Shown here piece after piece: positions 57,711 to 64,000 of a DNA stretch of 64,000 nucleotides (positions within the stretch are counted from its first letter, which is position 1; each line of letters starts with the position of its first letter). Position numbers and translations under genes: made by a program. The notes beneath the pieces were generated by a model. The model searched no databases. It was given only the letters and a program-made list of their open reading frames with translations, and was not told the DNA's origin. Origin of the DNA: Myxococcales bacterium (GTDB lineage Bacteria; Myxococcota_A; Polyangia; Fen-1088); NCBI GenBank assembly GCA_031431215.1, contig JANPCZ010000013.1, positions 8,903 through 72,902 of the forward strand, written 5' to 3'.

Positions 57711-59069
57711 GTGAGACACGCATTTCGCCCGCTATTGATCGCAAGCACGCTCGCTTGGGCGGCGCCTGCGGCTGCGCGGACACTCGAGCTGCCGAATGAT
57801 CTGGCGCGCGAGGTGGTGTCCGAGACGGTGCCGACCGCGTTTGCCCCCGGAGATCTGCGCGCCGAAGACTTCGTGGTCACATGGGTGGGCGAACCCCTGC
57901 CCGGCGTCCAGGCAGGGATCGTGCCCGGGACCCTGCAATGGGTGCGGGTCGCCGAGGTGATGTTGCTGCCGCGCGGGCGGCTATTGGTGACGGGCGAGAA
58001 CGTCGAAAACGCGCGCGTGACCGCCAGCGCGGCCACACAGGGCGCCGTCGCTGTCGCGGGACAGGTGGCCATCGAGCTGCCGCTCGCCCTGCTATCGGGG
58101 CCGCGCCATCGGATCGAGATCGTGATCGTGCGCGGTGGCCAGCAATTCACCGGCTCGCTACAGGTGCGCTTTGCGCCGCGCCGGCCAGCCACCGGCCCGC
58201 GCGTGTTTTTCGATCCAAGCTGCTCGCGCTTCGCGGTCACCGCTGATGTGGCCACCGGGCCGGATGACCGCTGGATGCTGGTCGGCTGCCGGCCCCTGCT
58301 GGTGAAGGACGCCGCGCACGCCACGACTGCGATCGACATGCTGGTGTACTGGGACGGCGCCGGCCCGTCGGTGACAGTGGACGGCGTCGACACGCCGGAC
58401 GTGGCGCCGGGTCTTTGGGCGCTGTCGGTGCGCGGAGATCCCGGCCAGACGCAGTTTGGCTCGGGTGACAGCCGCGTGACGCTCAGGTACCGCACTCCGG
58501 CGCGCTTCCGCCGTGGGTTCATCGGTGCCGGCGTGGGCGGGTACGCGCATCTGTTCGCCCTTGGGCCCGACCACAGCAATTCCTACGCGCCCCTGGTGAC
58601 CCTCTATGGTTCGTACTTCTTCACCGACGCCTTGCGACTGGTGCTGTTCGATGCCACCGCCATCGAGGCCCACGTCGCGAGCGATCTGGGACTCTACCTG
58701 CACATCGAGTGGTTCCGTTTTCTCGACCGCCGCATCGGCGTCAACCTTCTGCTAGGCGCGCACGTGCTGGGCTTCCGCTCGCAGGGCAGGCGCGACGATC
58801 GCTACAGCGTCCGTTTCAGCACCCCGCAAGGCCTCGAGGCCACCTTCACCGACGCCGGACCCACCGGCTACAACCTGACTGCCGGCGCGTTCGTGTACCC
58901 GAACGTCGCGGGACGCTCGTACTACAACATCTGGCTACGGTGGGGCCCGGCACGCTGGTTTGTCGAACTCAACTACATCGACTTCACCGAGAGCGTGAAC
59001 GCAGACCTTCACCTGCGCGCCCGCAGCGTCGGCCTGACCGCCGGGCTGCCGCTGCTGCGGTTCTTCTGA
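57711..59069 (+). CDS. Hypothetical secreted protein, possible outer-membrane beta-barrel
   Basis: GTG at 57711 gives VRHAFRPLLIASTLAWAAPAAA (signal). The C-terminal half shows alternating aromatic/hydrophobic strands and ends ...LTAGLPLLRFF with a terminal Phe. Confidence 0.4.
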   Translation: MRHAFRPLLIASTLAWAAPAAARTLELPNDLAREVVSETVPTAFAPGDLRAEDFVVTWVGEPLPGVQAGIVPGTLQWVRVAEVMLLPRGRLLVTGENVENARVTASAATQGAVAVAGQVAIELPLALLSGPRHRIEIVIVRGGQQFTGSLQVRFAPRRPATGPRVFFDPSCSRFAVTADVATGPDDRWMLVGCRPLLVKDAAHATTAIDMLVYWDGAGPSVTVDGVDTPDVAPGLWALSVRGDPGQTQFGSGDSRVTLRYRTPARFRRGFIGAGVGGYAHLFALGPDHSNSYAPLVTLYGSYFFTDALRLVLFDATAIEAHVASDLGLYLHIEWFRFLDRRIGVNLLLGAHVLGFRSQGRRDDRYSVRFSTPQGLEATFTDAGPTGYNLTAGAFVYPNVAGRSYYNIWLRWGPARWFVELNYIDFTESVNADLHLRARSVGLTAGLPLLRFF

Positions 59070-59209
59070 TCGCGAGGCAACAAGCCCTGGCGCGGCCGTT
59101 TCGAGGTACCGTGAACGCCACAACGGCCCGCGGGTGGTACGATGCCCGCAACGATGGCAGGCCCGGCACAAGCTAAGGCGTTGCCTGATCGCGGTAGCAG
59201 GAGGCAGGG

Positions 59210-60379
59210 GTGACAACGACGGATTACCGAGAGTTCAGGGTCCTGTACGTCGACGACGAGGTGGCCAACCTGACGGCGTTCCGCTACGCGCTCGACGGTC
59301 AGTTCCAGATCGAGATCGCGTCGAGCGGGGCCGAGGCCCTGGTCAAGCTGGCGTCGCAGCCGATCGCAGTGCTGCTGGCTGACCAGCGGCTGCCGGGCAT
59401 GACCGGAGCCGAGCTATGCGCCGAGGCAAGGCGCCGCTACCCGGACACGGTGCGGATGATCGTGACGGCGTATGACGACGTCACCCCTGCCGTGGCCGCC
59501 ATCAACACCGGCCACGTCGCCCGCTACATCCTGAAGCCCTGGCGCGAGGACGCCATGGCCGCTGTCCTGCGCGGTGGCATCGAGGACTACCGGCTGGCCG
59601 CACTCACACGTGACCTGCAGGGGCGGCTGGTGAGGGCCGATCAGCCGACGACCACCACGTACCTGGTCGGGCGCGTGTTGCACGACATAAGCAGCCCGGC
59701 CACCGCGGCGCACATGAACGTCCACGCTGCCCACGACACGCTGGGCGAGCTCGCACCCAATCTGCCCACGGCGCCCAGGGCTATCCTCGAGCAGGTGAAG
59801 GAGCTGCGTCTCGCGACCGACGATGCCGTACTCTCGGTCGACCATCTCATCACGCGCATCAACACGTTTCGCCAGCGCGCAACGAGCAGCGGCCCCAGCG
59901 AGGAGCCCAGCAGTATTGGTCAAGCCGTGCAAGCCGCCTGCATCCTGGTCCGCGGCGAGATCAGCCGGCGCGCCCGTTTGGTCCTGGATCTGGAAGGTGA
60001 TGCGATGGTGGCCGCCGATGCCGTGGCTCTGTCGCGGATCCTGGTGAACCTGTTGGCCCATGCCTGCGACTCCATCCTGCCGGGACTGCCCGAGGACAAC
60101 CAGATCGCGATCCGACTGGGCTGCGACCAACGGCGGGGCTGGATCGAGATCGAGGACACCGGTCCCGGCATCGCGCCCGAAGACCTGGCCAGGATCTTCC
60201 ACCCCCGCATCACCGACCAAGGCATCGGCCACGGCATGGGCCTGGGCATCGTGCACGAGATCGTGCGCAGCCTGGGCGGCACCATCACCGCAGGGGCGAG
60301 GGCCCACGGCCACGGCACCCGCTTCGTCGTCGAGCTGCCGCTGGCGATGCCGGCGCCGGCAGCGGAGCCAAGCGCGTGA
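59210..60379 (+). CDS. Receiver (REC) then histidine-kinase hybrid (paralog 1)
   Basis: GTG start preceded by AGGAGG. REC is VLYVDDEVANL...LLADQRLPGMTG...ILKPW. H-box-like is LHDISSPATAAH. HATPase is IEIEDTGPGI...GHGMGLGIV. Confidence 0.8.
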   Translation: MTTTDYREFRVLYVDDEVANLTAFRYALDGQFQIEIASSGAEALVKLASQPIAVLLADQRLPGMTGAELCAEARRRYPDTVRMIVTAYDDVTPAVAAINTGHVARYILKPWREDAMAAVLRGGIEDYRLAALTRDLQGRLVRADQPTTTTYLVGRVLHDISSPATAAHMNVHAAHDTLGELAPNLPTAPRAILEQVKELRLATDDAVLSVDHLITRINTFRQRATSSGPSEEPSSIGQAVQAACILVRGEISRRARLVLDLEGDAMVAADAVALSRILVNLLAHACDSILPGLPEDNQIAIRLGCDQRRGWIEIEDTGPGIAPEDLARIFHPRITDQGIGHGMGLGIVHEIVRSLGGTITAGARAHGHGTRFVVELPLAMPAPAAEPSA

Positions 60380-61692
60380 TGAAGATCGACTACCGGCAGT
60401 TCACGGTCCTCTACGTCGATGACGAGATGGCCAACCTGATGGCGTTCCGCTACGCCCTCGAAAGTGAGTTTCGGATCGAGATTGCGTCGAGCGCAGCGGA
60501 AGCGCTGGACGTGCTGGCGTCGCAGGAGATCGCCGTCCTGCTGGCCGATCAGCGCATGCCCGGCATGACCGGGGCCGAGCTGTGCGGCTATTCGAAGGTT
60601 CACTTCCCCGAAACCATGCGGATGATCGTCACCGCCTACGCCGACATCACGGCGGCGGCCGCCGCGGTCAACACCGGGCACGTGTTCCGCTACATCGTCA
60701 AGCCGTGGCGCGAAGAGGCCATGGCCGATGCCCTGCGCGGCGGCATCGAGGCGTATCACTTCGGCGCGATGACCCGCCAAGTGCAAAGCAAGATGATGCA
60801 GGCCCATCAACAGTCCACCACGACGTACCTGTTGGGACGCGTGTTGCACGAGATCAGCAGCCCCGCCACGGCCGTGCACATGAACGCCCACGCGATCCAG
60901 ACCACCTTGGGCGCGCTTGAGCCGTACCTGGCCCAGGCGGCCGATCCGGTAGGCAGGCAGGTCGGCGATCTGCGCCTGGCGACCGACGACGCCGTGGCCT
61001 CGATCGACCAGCTGGTCGCCCGCATCAACCGGTTTCGCCAGGGCGCGGCAAGTGACGGGCCCAGCGGCGAAGCCAGCAGCCTGGCGCAGTCCGCCCGGGT
61101 CAACGCCGCCGTGATCCGCAGCGCTCTGCGCCCGCGCGCGCGCCTGGTCATGGATCTTGAAAACGATTCAATGGTCGCCGCCGACAGCGTGGCCCTGTCG
61201 CAGATCCTGCTCAACCTGCTCAGCAACGCGTGCGAGGCCATTCCGCCCGGCCTGCCCGACGAGAACCAGATCATGGTCCGCGTGGGTGCCGATGCGAGCC
61301 GGGGCTGGATCGAGGTCGAAGACACCGGCCCTGGCATCCCGCCCGAGAAGATGCCCACGCTGTTTCACGCCCTGATTGACGGCAAGGGCGAGAGCCGCGG
61401 CATGGGCCTGGCCATCGTGCGCGAGATCGTGGAGGGACTGGGCGGCACCATCACCGTCGGTCCAGGAGCGCGCGGCCACGGTACCCGCTTCGTGGTCGAC
61501 TTGCCACTGGCTGACGCCGCGGTGGTGGCATCGAAGCAGGCGGCGGCGGGGGCGATGATGGCGGGCGTGGCGGCACGCGCGGAAGCGAAACCGCGCGCGG
61601 GGGTGGCTGGCGTCACCGGCGCTGAACCGACGTCAGCGCCGGTGCCCGAGCGCCCTGACGGCGAGTCGGGATCGGAGAAGGACGAGGGTTAG
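60376..61692 (+). CDS. Receiver (REC) then histidine-kinase hybrid (paralog 2)
   Basis: Overlaps paralog 1 (GTGATG). REC is VLYVDDEMANL...LLADQRMPGMTG...IVKPW. H-box-like is LHEISSPATAVH. HATPase is IEVEDTGPGI...SRGMGLAIV. Confidence 0.8.
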   Translation: MMKIDYRQFTVLYVDDEMANLMAFRYALESEFRIEIASSAAEALDVLASQEIAVLLADQRMPGMTGAELCGYSKVHFPETMRMIVTAYADITAAAAAVNTGHVFRYIVKPWREEAMADALRGGIEAYHFGAMTRQVQSKMMQAHQQSTTTYLLGRVLHEISSPATAVHMNAHAIQTTLGALEPYLAQAADPVGRQVGDLRLATDDAVASIDQLVARINRFRQGAASDGPSGEASSLAQSARVNAAVIRSALRPRARLVMDLENDSMVAADSVALSQILLNLLSNACEAIPPGLPDENQIMVRVGADASRGWIEVEDTGPGIPPEKMPTLFHALIDGKGESRGMGLAIVREIVEGLGGTITVGPGARGHGTRFVVDLPLADAAVVASKQAAAGAMMAGVAARAEAKPRAGVAGVTGAEPTSAPVPERPDGESGSEKDEG

Positions 61693-63980
61693 AGCACCGC
61701 GGGGGCCGCCACATGGGTCCGCGACAGTGGCAGCTTCACGACGAACAGCGCTCCGCCCAGGTCGGAGCGGCCAACGGTGATAGTGCCGCCGTGCTGGAGC
61801 ACCACCTGGCGCGAGATCGCGAGACCCAGGCCGGTGCCTTCACCGGCGGGCCGGGTGGTTGCGAAGGGGCCGAAAATCCACTCGGCCCGCCCGGGATCGA
61901 CGCCCGGCCCTGAGTCACCCACCTCGAGCAAGAACGCTCCCTCACGCAGGCCGGCATGCACCCGCACGGTGCCCCCGGACGCCACAGCTCGAAGCGCGTT
62001 GTCGATGAGGTTCAGGAAGACGTGGTTCATGTCGCCGGGTCTGCCATCAAGTTCGATGGCCTCGTCGATCTCGGTCTCGATCTTCACATTGTCTGAAACC
62101 CTCGATTCGACCAGGCGCAGAGATGCTTGCAGCCCGTCCGACGGCTTGAACCGCGCAACATCCTCGCGATCGATGCGCGATAGGTCCAGGAGGTCCACGG
62201 TCAACCGTTCGACCCGGCTCGCGCTGTCGATCATGACTCCCATCATCTCGTCGGAGCGCGGATCCATCGATGCGGCCAGCTTGCGCCGCATCGCCGGTAA
62301 CCCACTGAGCAGGGCGGCGAGCGGGTTGCGTACCTGGTGCGCAATGGAGGCGGCGAGCACCCCGAGCGAGGCCAGTCGCTCGCGGTGGGCCATCTCGCTC
62401 ACCATGCCGCGAAGGCGCACCTGAACACCCAGGCGGGCCAGCAGCTCGCGGCCGTGGAATGGCTTGGCGACGTAGTCATCAGCGCCCGCCTCGAAGCCTT
62501 CGAGCACGCGCCCCACGTCACGCCGTGCGGTCAGCAACAACACCGGCAGTGAACGCGTCTCGTCCAGCGTCCGCAGCCGCCGGCACAGCTCGAATCCATC
62601 CATGCGGGGCATCGCCACGTCGCTGACGACGGCATCGGGGCGCGCAGCGAGGATGAGGGCCAGCGCTTCCTCGCCATTGCGCGCGGTCTGCACGCGGTAC
62701 TGCGCCGCGAGCACGTTTGCGACGAAGTCACGCAGATCGTCGTCGTCCTCGACGACCACCACCAGGGGAGCCGAGGCGTCGGGGCCGGGCCAAGAGGTCG
62801 GGCGGTCGAGCGGCGAGCTGTTGCTCTTCGCTATCGCTTCAGATGGCATCGGCGCCGCGATCGCTGCGGTGACCACACCCGGTCCGGGCAGCACTGCCGA
62901 CTCCTCCGCGGCAGGGGCGGTCGCCATCGTCCGGGGCACGGTCAGGGCGAATATCGAGCCGGTGCCCTGCGTGCTACGCACCGAAGCTTCGCCGCCGTGC
63001 AACCGGGCCGCCTCGCGCGCGATCGCCAGGCCCAATCCGGTGCCGCCCTTGCTCGTGCGAGCGTCGCTGCCCTGGGCAAATCGATCGAAAACCTTGGGCA
63101 GATCATTGGGCCCGATTCCAACCCCATCGTCTTCCACCTCGAACACCACGGAACCTGAGACCTCGCGGACACGAATCTCCACCCGGGTCCGGGCATATCG
63201 CAGAGCGTTCGCCACAAAGTTAGACAGCGCTGTCTCGATCCAGGCCGAATCCATCGACGCCGGCGCAAGCATCGTTGGCGCGCCGGTGGTCAGCGCAACA
63301 TTCCGAGCAGCCGCCGAGGCAACAAAACGCGATGCCACACCGCTGGCGAGCGCAACTGGGTCCGTGGGCGTGCGGGCAAGTTGGGTCTTGCCCGCGTCCA
63401 CCTTGGCGAGATCGAGCAACTGGCTGATCAGCTCCAGCAGACGAACCGCGTTTCTCTGCATCGTCTCGACGGATTTCTGCATCCCGCCGGGAGGCTCCCG
63501 TCCAGACACCAGGTATTCGAGCGGGCCCAGAATCAGCGTCAGCGGGGTTCGCAACTCGTGTGAGACGTTCGAAAAGAAGTCAGTCTTCGCCCGATCGAGA
63601 TCCCGTATCTGGCTGAGCGCCTCGCGCAACTCGTGAGTTCGCCGCTCGACCTTCTGCTCGACTTCGGCCTTCGCCTCGAGGAGTTCGGCGTAGCGCTGTT
63701 CGTTGGCGACGGAGGCCCGTCCCAGGGCGTCATACACACTACCCAGGTCGCCGATCCGATTCTGAAGAACACGACGAAGCTCGTGGCTTCGCCCAACCCC
63801 CCAGCCCCCCATCGCAGCCATGGCTGCTACCGCGGCGAAGAGTGCTCCTGGCAGGTCAACGAAAGGCGTGATTGCAACACTGCCGCCGATGCCAAGCAGC
63901 AATCCGACCCAGGACCATAGGGGCCGGCGATGTTCTTCCCAACGAACGTCATAGACACAGGCCTCATCGCCTCTAAGCAT
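61689..63980 (-). CDS. Hybrid sensor kinase with two kinase cores: TM, HisKA-HATPase, REC, HisKA-HATPase
   Basis: First H-box is FFSNVSHELRTPL with [12 protein letters not shown] is VVVVEDDDDL...VSDVAMPRMDG...AKPF. Second H-box is IAHQVRNPLAAL with GTGLGLAIS. Confidence 0.85.
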   Translation of the reverse strand: MLRGDEACVYDVRWEEHRRPLWSWVGLLLGIGGSVAITPFVDLPGALFAAVAAMAAMGGWGVGRSHELRRVLQNRIGDLGSVYDALGRASVANEQRYAELLEAKAEVEQKVERRTHELREALSQIRDLDRAKTDFFSNVSHELRTPLTLILGPLEYLVSGREPPGGMQKSVETMQRNAVRLLELISQLLDLAKVDAGKTQLARTPTDPVALASGVASRFVASAAARNVALTTGAPTMLAPASMDSAWIETALSNFVANALRYARTRVEIRVREVSGSVVFEVEDDGVGIGPNDLPKVFDRFAQGSDARTSKGGTGLGLAIAREAARLHGGEASVRSTQGTGSIFALTVPRTMATAPAAEESAVLPGPGVVTAAIAAPMPSEAIAKSNSSPLDRPTSWPGPDASAPLVVVVEDDDDLRDFVANVLAAQYRVQTARNGEEALALILAARPDAVVSDVAMPRMDGFELCRRLRTLDETRSLPVLLLTARRDVGRVLEGFEAGADDYVAKPFHGRELLARLGVQVRLRGMVSEMAHRERLASLGVLAASIAHQVRNPLAALLSGLPAMRRKLAASMDPRSDEMMGVMIDSASRVERLTVDLLDLSRIDREDVARFKPSDGLQASLRLVESRVSDNVKIETEIDEAIELDGRPGDMNHVFLNLIDNALRAVASGGTVRVHAGLREGAFLLEVGDSGPGVDPGRAEWIFGPFATTRPAGEGTGLGLAISRQVVLQHGGTITVGRSDLGGALFVVKLPLSRTHVAAPAVL

Positions 63981-64000
63981 GCATTTAGGGTGTTCAAGCT

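Noticed and set aside
59130-59209. Sigma-54 (-24/-12) promoter upstream of the REC-kinase paralogs (TGGCAGGCCCGGCACA), and a TGGCAC...GCTTGC match at about 22443
   Set aside because: The spacing between the GG and GC elements is wrong in the first candidate. The second is inside a coding repeat. No convincing target promoter for the NtrC-type regulator was found by eye.

Overview
Very GC-rich bacterial chromosome segment. The gene content points to a myxobacterium (Myxococcota): many eukaryotic-like Ser/Thr kinases, PEGA domains, huge Cys-rich repeat lipoproteins, MYXO-CTERM-like tails and DUF1592/DUF1552 pairs. This taxonomic call is an inference. I support about 55 coding regions, and I recognised no rRNA or tRNA. 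Layout: (1) 0-7.4 kb is ordinary metabolism (sulfatase, TIM-barrel isomerases, methyltransferase, rhomboid, ferredoxin reductase, SDR). (2) 7.2-11.3 kb is the most unusual region. A 3.37-kb segment is inserted between two convergent genes and bracketed by diverged 348-bp direct repeats. It carries a 5'-truncated HNH (DUF222-type) endonuclease, hicBA, an intact cas1, a frameshifted cas2, a cas4-like stub, a 2-repeat/1-spacer CRISPR mini-array and another gene relic. No effector cas genes are present. (3) 12-26 kb is a TonB-dependent receptor with a TPR+PEGA N-terminal extension, tightly linked to three membrane Ser/Thr kinases that each end in a periplasmic PEGA domain. These are followed by a 1110-aa Cys-rich repeat lipoprotein, a TPR/TM protein, a hydrolase and a lipoprotein with a knottin-like motif. 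(4) 29-34 kb is a translationally coupled DUF1592-DUF1552-ECF sigma-anti-sigma operon. (5) 36-40 kb is a 1292-aa surface protein (metallophosphoesterase, FN3, then 174-bp-period CDGKDNDC repeats). (6) The remainder holds a ModABC-like transporter, an NtrC-type two-component system, a CotH kinase operon with two paralogous lipoproteins, and a cluster of receiver/kinase hybrids. Three or four toxin-antitoxin pairs are scattered through the window. All functional calls come from motif recognition in the supplied translations and my own hand translation. No database search was run.
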